Source of the DNA: Acidimicrobiales bacterium
Lineage (GTDB): Bacteria; Actinomycetota; Acidimicrobiia; Acidimicrobiales; JAHWKP01
Length of the DNA: 64,000 bases
Assembly (NCBI GenBank): GCA_035526705.1
Contig: DATLBX010000150.1
Coordinates: 3,729-67,728, forward strand
Direction: 5' to 3'
The notes beneath the pieces are model-generated. The model did no database searches, was not told the DNA's origin, and worked only from the letters and a program-made list of their open reading frames with translations. A program made the translations under genes and the position numbers. Shown here one piece after another: positions 54,514 to 62,922 of the stretch (its first letter is position 1; every line of letters starts with the position of its first letter).

Positions 54514-56060
54514 ACCGGTGGCGGCGTAAGCAGGACCTACGCAGCAGGCTCCAGCGCGCCTTCAACCTGATCCTGCTCGGCGTCGCATTGATCGGGGTGC
54601 TCGGCGTGGGCAGCCGCGTCGTAGGCCTTCAAGCGGTCAACGAGCTGATCTACGAGACCCAGCCGCTCCTCGAGAGCAACGCCGAGTTTCTTCAGGTGCT
54701 CACCGATGCGCAGTCGGCGCAACGCGGCTACCGCCTCACCCATGATGGGATTTATCTCGAGCGGTATAACCGCGCCATCCGCAGCGTGCCTGAACTCGCG
54801 TCGGGCCTGCGGGCGCGTTCCGCGGAGCTCCCGGAGATCCGAGCGCTCTTGTCGGAGGAAGTGAAGCGCGCCACCAAGTGGATGGAAGAATTCTCGCTTC
54901 CAACCATGGAGCGGGTCCGGGCGGACGTGACTTTCCAGCCGGACAGGGCTGCGTCCGCGCACGGAAACGACCTTTTCGACGCGGTTCGAGACGCGAACCA
55001 AAAGGCCGAGACCGCCATGGAGGTCCGCGCAGACCGGGTCGAGGCGGAGGTTCGCCGTACCACTATCAACGCCGGCCTGGGCTCGGTCGTGTTCCTTTCG
55101 CTTGGGATCCTCGCTGCAGCGGTGATGTCTCGGCGGACGACAGCCTTCGTCGCGAATCCCCTCGAAGATCTCCGGCACACCATCGCGAGGCTGGCTGAGG
55201 GCGACTTCGCGGCGCGGGCCACCGTCGAAGGACCCACGGAGATCCAGTCGGTGGCCGAAGCGATCAACGAGATGGCGGAGTCGCGGGAGCGCTTCCACGA
55301 ACTGCAGCAGGAGACAATGCGACAGCTGGAGTCGCTCGACCAGGCGCGAGCCGACTTCATTTCGTCTGTCTCGCACGAGCTGCGCACTCCCCTGACGAGC
55401 GTGACCGGCTACGCCGAGATGCTTCTCGACGGCGACGCGGGCCCCCTCGGCAGCGAGCAGGAAAAGATGATCCGCACCATCGATCGCAACGCTCGGCGTC
55501 TGCTGGATCTGGTGGAGGACATCCTCACCGTCGCCCGGATGGACGTGGGGGTGCAGCGGCTTTCTCCAGAGCCTGTGAACGTCGCCGATCTAATCGAGTC
55601 CGCCGTCGATGCGGTACGGCCGTCCCTGGTGGCCCGGGCTCTCTCGCTTCGGGTCGACGTTCCGCCTGTAGTCGGGGCAATCCGGGCGGACCGCGGTCAA
55701 CTCGAGCGGGTCTTGCTGAACCTCCTGTCGAATGCCGTCAAGTTCACCCCGAGGGGTGGCCGCATCACCGTGGCCGCGGAAAAAAGAGCCGGAACGCTCT
55801 CGCTCTCCGTAAGCGACACCGGCATGGGAATCCCGATCGCCGAGCAGCCGAGGATGTTCCAGCGCTTCTTCCGCTCCTCGACATCGCGCGACGAGGTCAT
55901 TCCTGGCACCGGCCTCGGGCTTTCGATCGTCAAGTCCATCGTGGAGGGGCATGGAGGCTCGATCGAGTTCGACTCCACGCCCGGCCGAGGGACCACTTTC
56001 CGCGTCGAACTGCCTGCGGATGGTCCGCCGAGCCCCGCAGGCCAGACTGGACCGGCATGA
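54510..56060 (+). CDS. Sensor histidine kinase: CHASE3-TM-HAMP-HisKA-HATPase_c
   Basis: CHASE3 hallmark LTDAQSAQRGYRLTHDGIYLERYN. Second TM plus HAMP. H-box FISSVSHELRTPLTSV, N-box LLNLLSNAVKFTPRGG, G1 DTGMGI, G2 GTGLGLSIV. GTGA overlap with the upstream stop. Confidence 0.9.
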   Translation: MNRWRRKQDLRSRLQRAFNLILLGVALIGVLGVGSRVVGLQAVNELIYETQPLLESNAEFLQVLTDAQSAQRGYRLTHDGIYLERYNRAIRSVPELASGLRARSAELPEIRALLSEEVKRATKWMEEFSLPTMERVRADVTFQPDRAASAHGNDLFDAVRDANQKAETAMEVRADRVEAEVRRTTINAGLGSVVFLSLGILAAAVMSRRTTAFVANPLEDLRHTIARLAEGDFAARATVEGPTEIQSVAEAINEMAESRERFHELQQETMRQLESLDQARADFISSVSHELRTPLTSVTGYAEMLLDGDAGPLGSEQEKMIRTIDRNARRLLDLVEDILTVARMDVGVQRLSPEPVNVADLIESAVDAVRPSLVARALSLRVDVPPVVGAIRADRGQLERVLLNLLSNAVKFTPRGGRITVAAEKRAGTLSLSVSDTGMGIPIAEQPRMFQRFFRSSTSRDEVIPGTGLGLSIVKSIVEGHGGSIEFDSTPGRGTTFRVELPADGPPSPAGQTGPA

Positions 56061-56428
56061 ACAACGCCCGCGTTGTGCTGATGATCGAGGACGACGTGGA
56101 CATCCGAGAGCTGTTGGCAACACGGGTACGCCGTCTGGGTGTCGAAGTCGTTACGGCGACCACGGGGGCGACGGGCATACAGACCGCCCGTGAAATCAAG
56201 CCCGACCTACTGGTGGTGGATATCGGGTTGCCGGACATGGACGGCTGGGCGGTCATCGAGCAGCTGGCGGACGACGATCGGACGCGCGACATCCCAGTGG
56301 TCGTCGCGTCCATCGTGGATCCCGTGGAGGGTGTCTCCCAACGCGTCGAGGCCCATCTGGTCAAGCCGATCAAGAAAGGCGCGTTGGAGGATGCCGTGAT
56401 GGAAGCGATCCAGAAGGGCGACTCATGA
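56057..56428 (+). CDS. Single-domain (CheY-like) response regulator
   Basis: MIEDD...LLVVDIGLPDMDG...VVVAS...LVKPI. ATGA overlap with the upstream stop. Confidence 0.88.
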   Translation: MNNARVVLMIEDDVDIRELLATRVRRLGVEVVTATTGATGIQTAREIKPDLLVVDIGLPDMDGWAVIEQLADDDRTRDIPVVVASIVDPVEGVSQRVEAHLVKPIKKGALEDAVMEAIQKGDS

Positions 56429-56793
56429 AAATCGTCGTCGTCGAAGACGACCCGGTAGTCCGAGAGCTGATCGAGTTCAAGCTGTCCTCGGCAGGACACG
56501 AAGTGCTATTGGAAGCGGATGGAGAGGCTGGACTCAACACCGTCAAGACGGCGCGGCCCGACCTCGTCATCCTCGACTGGATGATGCCGAAGCTCACGGG
56601 CCTGGAGGTCTGCGAAGCGATCAGGGCGGACGCAGAGATATCCGACATGTCGGTTCTGCTGCTCACGGCTCGAGCACAGGAGAGCGACGTCGAGAAGGGG
56701 TTCGCGGCGGGCGTGAACGATTACCTGCTCAAGCCCTTCAGCCCGCGCGAACTGCTTTCGCGCGTAGAGGCGCTTGCCGCCAAGAAGAAGTAG
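56425..56793 (+). CDS. Single-domain (CheY-like) response regulator
   Basis: VVVEDD...LVILDWMMPKLTG...LLLTA...YLLKPF. ATGA overlap with the upstream stop. Confidence 0.88.
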   Translation: MKIVVVEDDPVVRELIEFKLSSAGHEVLLEADGEAGLNTVKTARPDLVILDWMMPKLTGLEVCEAIRADAEISDMSVLLLTARAQESDVEKGFAAGVNDYLLKPFSPRELLSRVEALAAKKK

Positions 56794-56801
56794 TTCGCGG
56801 C

Positions 56802-57872
56802 CTAGGCCCCGAAGATGTCTTCTAGGACCGAAGGCACGGGAACGTCCAGCTGCTCGTAGGTGCACGACTCGGGTTCGCGCTCCTTCCGCCACCGACGGAA
56901 ATGCGTGGCGTGCCGAAATCTGCTTCCCTCCATGTGGTCGTAGGCAACCTCGACCACGAGCTCCGGTCGAAGCGCCTCGAACTCGTGGCTGCGGGTCCCA
57001 CTCCAACGACTCGGAGCCCCCGGCATTCGCGCCGAGTGCGCCCCCGCCTCGCCCCCCCATGACGACCATGGGTGGCCCTCCAGCGAGTCCATCCGGTATG
57101 CCGCGATCTCGTCGACCAGTTCCTTGCGCCTGGCCATGGTGAACGCGGCGGTGACACCCACATGGTTGAGATTTCCGGAATCGTCGTACAGACCGAGCAG
57201 CAGCGAGCCGACAACGCCGCCGCTCTTGTGCCACCGGAACCCGGCGACGACGCAGTCCGCCGTCCGCTCGTGTTTTATCTTCAGCATCGCCCGTTCACCG
57301 GGCCGGTAAGCGACCGCGGTCGGCTTGGCGATCACGCCGTCGAGTCCGGCACCCTCGAAGCGATCGAACCAGTCGGCCGCCAAGGCGCGATCGGCAGTCG
57401 CCGGAGTCAAGTGGATAGGCGGCTCGACCTGACCGAGTGCCTTCTCGAGCAGAGCGCGACGAGCCGAGAAGGGCTCTCCCCGCAGATCCTCGTCACCCAG
57501 ACAGAGCAGATCGAAGGCCACGAAAGACGCCGGCGTTTCTGCCGCGAGCCGGTTCACTCGCGAGGCCGCGGGGTGGATCCTTTGCTGCAGGGTCTCGAAC
57601 TCGAGCCGGCCGTTGGGTCCCGCGATGACGACCTCACCGTCGATCACACAACGCTCCGGGAGCTCGTTCAACGCCGCATCCACCATGTCCGGGAAGTACC
57701 GCGTCATCGGCTTCTCGTTGCGCGACCCGAGCTCCACCTCGTCGCCGTCCCGAAAGATGATCGTCCGGAAGCCATCCCACTTCGGTTCGTAGAGGTACTC
57801 CCCCTCCGGAGGCAGTCCCTTCACCGCCTTCGCAAGCATGGGCGACACCGGTGGCATCACAGGCAATTTCAT
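56802..57872 (-). CDS. ATP-dependent DNA ligase (compact adenylation + OB type, LigC-like)
   Basis: Motif I EPKWDGFR (KxDG), then FDLL..., LDGVIAK and LKIKHERT. 356 aa, so no primase/polymerase or nuclease modules. Confidence 0.85.
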   Translation of the reverse strand: MKLPVMPPVSPMLAKAVKGLPPEGEYLYEPKWDGFRTIIFRDGDEVELGSRNEKPMTRYFPDMVDAALNELPERCVIDGEVVIAGPNGRLEFETLQQRIHPAASRVNRLAAETPASFVAFDLLCLGDEDLRGEPFSARRALLEKALGQVEPPIHLTPATADRALAADWFDRFEGAGLDGVIAKPTAVAYRPGERAMLKIKHERTADCVVAGFRWHKSGGVVGSLLLGLYDDSGNLNHVGVTAAFTMARRKELVDEIAAYRMDSLEGHPWSSWGGEAGAHSARMPGAPSRWSGTRSHEFEALRPELVVEVAYDHMEGSRFRHATHFRRWRKEREPESCTYEQLDVPVPSVLEDIFGA

Positions 57873-59218
57873 CAGCCAGACCGTACGTGCATGAGGTCCG
57901 CCGTCTTCTGCATGCGCTCATCGTGAACCAGCTGCTCCACATTCAGCGGCAGCGACTGTCGCCAATTTCGCGGATCATCCACACCAGGGCGGTTAGGCGG
58001 CTCCGAGACCCCCAAGGTGTCCTCCAAGGTCGCGGCGACCGCGAGGCAGGGGGACCCGGCGAGGGCGCGGTGGGCGTCGTCCGCGCCGCCCGCCAGCGGG
58101 GGCAGATCGTGCGTACTCGCTGTCCCGAGCGCCAGCTCGGGCCACGCGGCGGGGGGCTCCTGCTCGAACCGGATCACCTTGGTCGACAGCACTCCCGCGG
58201 CGGCCAGCCGGGGCCTCAATCCTGGCTGGACGGTGCCAAGGTCTTCACCGACAACCCACGTACCCGTCTCGCGACTGACTGCGACCAGTCGGGCAAGCAA
58301 TTCGTCGAAGGGGTAGGCGGCGTACTCCCCGTCGACGGGAGCCGACCCGTGCTTGATCCAGAACTGCCGGGACAGGCCCATTACGTGGTCGATCCGGAGG
58401 CCGGTCGCGTGCCGGGCCGCCAATCTCCAGGCCCGGGTCAGGGGGTCGTCCTGGGCGCTGCGAAGCCACTCCGGATCGAAGACGGCTACGCCCCAGTCCT
58501 GGCCGTCGGCGTTGAACGCGTCCGGCGGAGCACCGACGCTCATCCCCGATACGACTGCTTCCTGCCACCACCACGCGTCAAAGCCGCCGGGATCCACCCC
58601 GACGGCGATGTCGTTGACCGGCGGGCACCCGAGTTCGCACAGCTCGCGAAGGGCTTCGTCGATGGCCCACTGAACGAAACACAGGAACTCCGCCTCGTCG
58701 GTCGACGTCGACCAGACTTTCGCCGTGACTCGTGTGGGCTCGTCACGGAACTCGGCCGGCCACTTTTGGTAATCCCACCCGAGCTTGCCCGCCAACACCT
58801 GAAAGGCGACGAATCCGCGAAGTAGTTCGCCTTGCTCTTCGATGAACTCCCGACGAGAAGCCGATGCCGGTGCGGCTGGCGCGGCGTCCGCCAGATCGCG
58901 CAACTTGATCCGACGGGCGGCGGTTCTGTCCACCAGACCGTCGCGCCGTCCGGGAGGACCGAGGCCGGGCAGACAATTCACGTCCCGGAAGCAGCGCGTC
59001 GTCGGGTAGTACGGACTGTCGCTCCCAGGGGCAAGAGAGTGCAACGGGCTCAGCAGAACGAACTCGGCGCCGCGGTCGGCCGACCACGCCGCGAGCGTGC
59101 GAAGGGCACCGAGGTCGCCGACACCCGCATCGGTCTCACTCCGTAATGAATAGAGCTGAGCGGCCCAACCCCAAAGGCGGTGTGGCGGGGTTATGCACTT
59201 CGTCTGGGGTCGCGGCAT
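57872..59218 (-). CDS. malQ: 4-alpha-glucanotransferase (amylomaltase, GH77)
   Basis: GWAAQLYSLRS...GVGDLG...SPLH, DVGGFDAW-like GVDPGGFDAWWWQ, QDWGV and RIDHVMGL. Trimmed to ATG 59218. The upstream 350 codons of the 800-aa track ORF are antisense to the hydrolase gene. The stop shares 1 nt with the ligase ATG. Confidence 0.8.
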   Translation of the reverse strand: MPRPQTKCITPPHRLWGWAAQLYSLRSETDAGVGDLGALRTLAAWSADRGAEFVLLSPLHSLAPGSDSPYYPTTRCFRDVNCLPGLGPPGRRDGLVDRTAARRIKLRDLADAAPAAPASASRREFIEEQGELLRGFVAFQVLAGKLGWDYQKWPAEFRDEPTRVTAKVWSTSTDEAEFLCFVQWAIDEALRELCELGCPPVNDIAVGVDPGGFDAWWWQEAVVSGMSVGAPPDAFNADGQDWGVAVFDPEWLRSAQDDPLTRAWRLAARHATGLRIDHVMGLSRQFWIKHGSAPVDGEYAAYPFDELLARLVAVSRETGTWVVGEDLGTVQPGLRPRLAAAGVLSTKVIRFEQEPPAAWPELALGTASTHDLPPLAGGADDAHRALAGSPCLAVAATLEDTLGVSEPPNRPGVDDPRNWRQSLPLNVEQLVHDERMQKTADLMHVRSG

Positions 59219-59239
59219 TTCGGCAATAGTCGCGGGAAA

Positions 59240-60112
59240 ATGAGCGTGGCCCGGACAGTGACCTCCTCCGATGGCGTCGAGATTGCGGTCCGCGATCTCG
59301 GAGGCGACGGCCCGGCGCTGATTCTCGGCCACGCCACGGGATATTGCGGGGCGGCTTGGGAGCCGGTCGCGGTCGAACTGCGGAAGTACTTCCGCTGTAT
59401 CGCCCCTGACTGCCGGGCCCACGGCTCCTCCGGTCGCCCGGGGCACGACGGATTCAGTTGGGCGATGTTGGGGACCGACGTGCTGGCCGTCCTCGACGCG
59501 CTCGAGTTGCGCGGCCCCGTGTTCGGAGCGGGGCATTCCGCGGGCGCCACCGGGGTCGCGCTGGCCGAGGTGCAGCGGCCCGGCACCTTCGATGGGCTGT
59601 GGTGTTTCGAACCGGTGCTGTTTCCTCCCCGCGCCATGCACGACAGCGAGAACGAGGAGGCGTCGAATCCGATGGCCGACGCGGCACGGAAGCGCCGGTC
59701 CCGGTTCACCGATCGCGATGAAGCCTTGCGTCACTACGAACCCCGAGCCCCCTTTTCGCGTTTCGCGCCGGCGGCGCTCGCCGCCTTTCTGAGCTGTGGC
59801 CTCACAGAAGACGAGGCGGGGCCGGGGATGCGGTTGGCCTGCAGGCCCGAAGACGAAGCGCGGTTCTACGAGATGGGTGGCTTCGAGGAAACCTGGCTGG
59901 CCGTCGAGCGGCTCGGGTGTCCGGTCACGTTCGCCACAGGTGATCAGCCGGGGGCCTTCGGCCCGGGCCACGCAGAGTTGCTGTCGGGCCGCATCCCGTA
60001 TGGACAAGCCGAGGTTCTGCCCGGCTTGTCCCACTTCGGTCCCCTCGAGTCCCCGGCCGCGGTCGCTCAGTCGATAGTGGAGGCTCTGGGAGGAGAAACC
60101 ACAGGCTTGTAA
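59240..60112 (+). CDS. Alpha/beta-fold hydrolase
   Basis: HG oxyanion region LILGHATG, nucleophile elbow GHSAGA and C-terminal GLSHFGPLE (catalytic His). Start at ATG 59240. Confidence 0.8.
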   Translation: MSVARTVTSSDGVEIAVRDLGGDGPALILGHATGYCGAAWEPVAVELRKYFRCIAPDCRAHGSSGRPGHDGFSWAMLGTDVLAVLDALELRGPVFGAGHSAGATGVALAEVQRPGTFDGLWCFEPVLFPPRAMHDSENEEASNPMADAARKRRSRFTDRDEALRHYEPRAPFSRFAPAALAAFLSCGLTEDEAGPGMRLACRPEDEARFYEMGGFEETWLAVERLGCPVTFATGDQPGAFGPGHAELLSGRIPYGQAEVLPGLSHFGPLESPAAVAQSIVEALGGETTGL

Positions 60113-60143
60113 CTTGTCACCGGGCCGACGTACGCTGGCCGTG

Positions 60144-60986
60144 ATGAGTCGTCCGCTGCCCTGGTCTCTGTCGCCTTCGAAGGTTTCGTCGTTTCGGGAG
60201 TGCCCGCTGGCCTTTCGCTTCTCGGCGATCGACCGCCTCCCCGAGCCGTCCTCGCCGGCTGCGGTGAAGGGCACCCTGGTTCACCGGGCACTCGAGCTGC
60301 TCTTCCTGGAGTGCGACAAGGGTTCCCGCGACGTAGCGGCCGCGCTGCTCCGGTTGGAACGGGCTTGGTTGGAGTTGCAGAGCGACGAAGAGTTTCTGTC
60401 GCTGCGCCTGCCACCCGAGGCCGGTGAGTCGATGCTCACCGAAGCGCGCGAACTCGTCCGCCGCTACTTCACCTTGGAAGATCCGAACACGGTCACCGCG
60501 GTCGGGCTCGAGGTGATGATGGAAGCCCAGCTCGGCACGCTGAGGCTCCGCGGCATCATCGACCGACTCGAAATCGACGAGAACGGCGAATACGTAATCA
60601 CCGATTACAAGTCGGGCCGCGCCCCGGGTGTCAACTACGAGCAGGGCCGACTCGGTGGTGTGCACTTCTACGCCTACCTCTGTCAGCAGGTACTGGGGCG
60701 CCGTCCCGCCAAGATCCAGCTCCTCTACCTGGGCGACCCACTGGCCATTATCGCCACGCCCTCCGAGCAGTCCATCAAGGGGCTCTGCCAGCGCACCGCG
60801 GCGGTCTGGACCGCGGTAGAGCGGGCCTGCGAGCGAGACGACTTCCGCCCGAAGCCCTCACGGCTCTGCGACTACTGCTCCTTCAAGGCCTACTGCCCCG
60901 CCTTCGGCGGGGATCCAGAGAGGGCCCGCCCCGAACTGCTGGGCGAGCCCTCTCCTCCACTACCTCTCGAGGCCGTTCCGGCCTGA
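60144..60986 (+). CDS. PD-(D/E)XK nuclease, RecB/Cas4-like with 4-Cys cluster
   Basis: N-terminal SSFRECPLAFRF, nuclease core GIIDRLEIDENGEYVITDYKSGR and C-terminal CDYCSFKAYC (C...CxxCx5C pattern of AddB/Cas4 Fe-S nucleases). Confidence 0.78.
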   Translation: MSRPLPWSLSPSKVSSFRECPLAFRFSAIDRLPEPSSPAAVKGTLVHRALELLFLECDKGSRDVAAALLRLERAWLELQSDEEFLSLRLPPEAGESMLTEARELVRRYFTLEDPNTVTAVGLEVMMEAQLGTLRLRGIIDRLEIDENGEYVITDYKSGRAPGVNYEQGRLGGVHFYAYLCQQVLGRRPAKIQLLYLGDPLAIIATPSEQSIKGLCQRTAAVWTAVERACERDDFRPKPSRLCDYCSFKAYCPAFGGDPERARPELLGEPSPPLPLEAVPA

Positions 60987-60992
60987 TCGAAC

Positions 60993-62885
60993 TCAGTCGA
61001 TTCGCGACTGGGTCCGGTTCAACGCAGCGAGCTCGGCCTCTTCTTCCTCGCAGCGCCCACCGAGGTGGCGGGCCAGGAAGCGCTCGGCGACCGCGTGGAA
61101 GTGCAGATTGTTCTCCGGCTGCTGGAAGCCGTGGCCCTCGTCCGGGTACAGGAGGTACTCGTGCGGGATTCCCTTTTCCTTCATCGCTTCGACGATCTGC
61201 TCGCTCTCGGCCTGCTTGACGCGCGGGTCGTTCGCACCCTGGGCGATCAGTAGCGGGCGGCAGATCTTGTCCACATGGGTGATGGGCGAGGCCTGCGTGA
61301 GGATGTCGGCCTCGGTCTCGGGGTCGCCCATGCGCTTGGTGAAGATGGCCTTCATCGGCGCCCAATACGGCGGGATGGACTCGAGAAGCGTGTGCAGGTT
61401 CGACGGCCCGACGATGTCGACCGAGCAGGCGAAGAGCTCGGGCGTAAAGGTCACGCCGGCGAGCGCGGCGTAGCCGCCGTAGGACCCCCCGTAGATGCCG
61501 ATCTTCTCCTTGTCGGCCCAGCCCTGCCCCACCACGAAGTCGACCGCATCCACCAGGTCGGTGTGCATCGACTTGCCCCACTCCTTGTCTCCGGCGTTCA
61601 GGAACTCCTTGCCATATCCGGTGGAGCCGCGGTAGTTCACCTGAACACAGAGATAGCCACGGTTGGCGAGCCACTGCGCCGTCGGGTTGTAGCCCCACAT
61701 GTCGCGCGCCCACGGGCCGCCGTGGACCACGAGGACGGTACGAAGGTTCTTGCGTTCCACGCCGGACGGGAAGGTGAGGTAGCCGTGCACCGTCAGGCCG
61801 TCGCGGGCCTTGAATTCAAACGGCTCGATCTTCGACAGCTCGTACTCGGCCAGCTTGGGCTGGTGATGGAACAGGAACGTTCCCTGCTTGCTGTCGCGGT
61901 CGTAGGACCAGTAGTCGACGGGACCATCGTCCGCGGTGAAGGCAACAAGCCACACGCGGTTGGAAGCATCCCGGCTGGTGATGCCCCAGTCGCCGGGGTG
62001 CAGGCGCGAGATGTTGTCGAAGTCCTCACGAATGGCGTCGTCGAGGATGACCCGCTCTTGACGGTCCTTGATGAACGTCACAGCCTGGATCTCGTGCGTG
62101 TCCGGGTCGATCATGGCGCCGCCTACGTCGTAAGTCGGGTCCTCGGCCACAACGATCTGCTCGCCGGTGGCGAGGTCGAGCTCGATGAGCCGCTCCGCGT
62201 TGGATCCCTTGGCCGTCGTCAGCCGGAGCCGCTTTCCGTCCTTCGAGAACCCGGACACACCCGTCTGTCCGTCCTCTTGATCCGAGCTGAACACCTCACG
62301 CCATTCCGCGTCTTCGGTGTCGCGGACCATCACGGTCCACCCGCCGTCGGGGCGCATGATCAGCCCGCCACGGATCTTGAAGTCGGCGTCCGGAACCCAC
62401 GCGAAGAAGCTTCCGGGGTTCTCCGCGAGCTTGGTGATCTCGCCGCTGCTCAGCTGAACCTTGTAGACGTCCTTCAGGTGCGGGTTGTCCTTGTTCATCG
62501 TGAACAACGCAACGTCAGGAAACGCCTTGTCGACATCCAACGGGAAAACCTGGACGTTGTCGAACGGCGTGAGGTCGACGGTCTCGCCCGAGTCGACGTC
62601 CACCTTGAACAGGTGGAAGTTCTCATCGCCCGCGTTGTCGCGGATGTAAAGAATGTGGCGGTTGTCCCACGCCCACAACGCGGCGTTGATGTTGCGCGCC
62701 GTCTCGTGCGTGACCGGCTCGAAGTCCTCTGCGCCCACGGTGCCGACGAAGATGTTCATGACATCGTTGACCGGGGCGCGGTACATGAGGCGCTTGCCGT
62801 CGGGCGAAAGTGCCGCGCCGAGCTTTTCGGGGTTGCCGAAGAGCACGCGGCGCGGAATGAGTGTCGTAGAAGGAAGATCTGTCAT
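60993..62885 (-). CDS. S9 family serine peptidase (prolyl oligopeptidase/acylaminoacyl peptidase-like)
   Basis: N-terminal beta-propeller region and catalytic domain with GGSYGGYAAL, ...QGANDPRV... and ...DEGHGF. Start moved to ATG 62885. Confidence 0.85.
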   Translation of the reverse strand: MTDLPSTTLIPRRVLFGNPEKLGAALSPDGKRLMYRAPVNDVMNIFVGTVGAEDFEPVTHETARNINAALWAWDNRHILYIRDNAGDENFHLFKVDVDSGETVDLTPFDNVQVFPLDVDKAFPDVALFTMNKDNPHLKDVYKVQLSSGEITKLAENPGSFFAWVPDADFKIRGGLIMRPDGGWTVMVRDTEDAEWREVFSSDQEDGQTGVSGFSKDGKRLRLTTAKGSNAERLIELDLATGEQIVVAEDPTYDVGGAMIDPDTHEIQAVTFIKDRQERVILDDAIREDFDNISRLHPGDWGITSRDASNRVWLVAFTADDGPVDYWSYDRDSKQGTFLFHHQPKLAEYELSKIEPFEFKARDGLTVHGYLTFPSGVERKNLRTVLVVHGGPWARDMWGYNPTAQWLANRGYLCVQVNYRGSTGYGKEFLNAGDKEWGKSMHTDLVDAVDFVVGQGWADKEKIGIYGGSYGGYAALAGVTFTPELFACSVDIVGPSNLHTLLESIPPYWAPMKAIFTKRMGDPETEADILTQASPITHVDKICRPLLIAQGANDPRVKQAESEQIVEAMKEKGIPHEYLLYPDEGHGFQQPENNLHFHAVAERFLARHLGGRCEEEEAELAALNRTQSRID

Positions 62886-62922
62886 GGTTCGGGAGCCTAA
62901 CTGTTTGAGATAGCTTCCGCTC

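Noticed and set aside
59219-60274. N-terminal 350 codons of the 800-aa minus ORF 57872..60274
   Set aside because: This part is antisense to the alpha/beta hydrolase (GHSAGA motif on the plus strand) and is Arg/Gly-rich. GH77 similarity only begins after the ATG at 59218.
61275-62900. 541-aa plus-strand ORF
   Set aside because: Antisense to the S9 peptidase, which has the GGSYGG catalytic motif on the minus strand.
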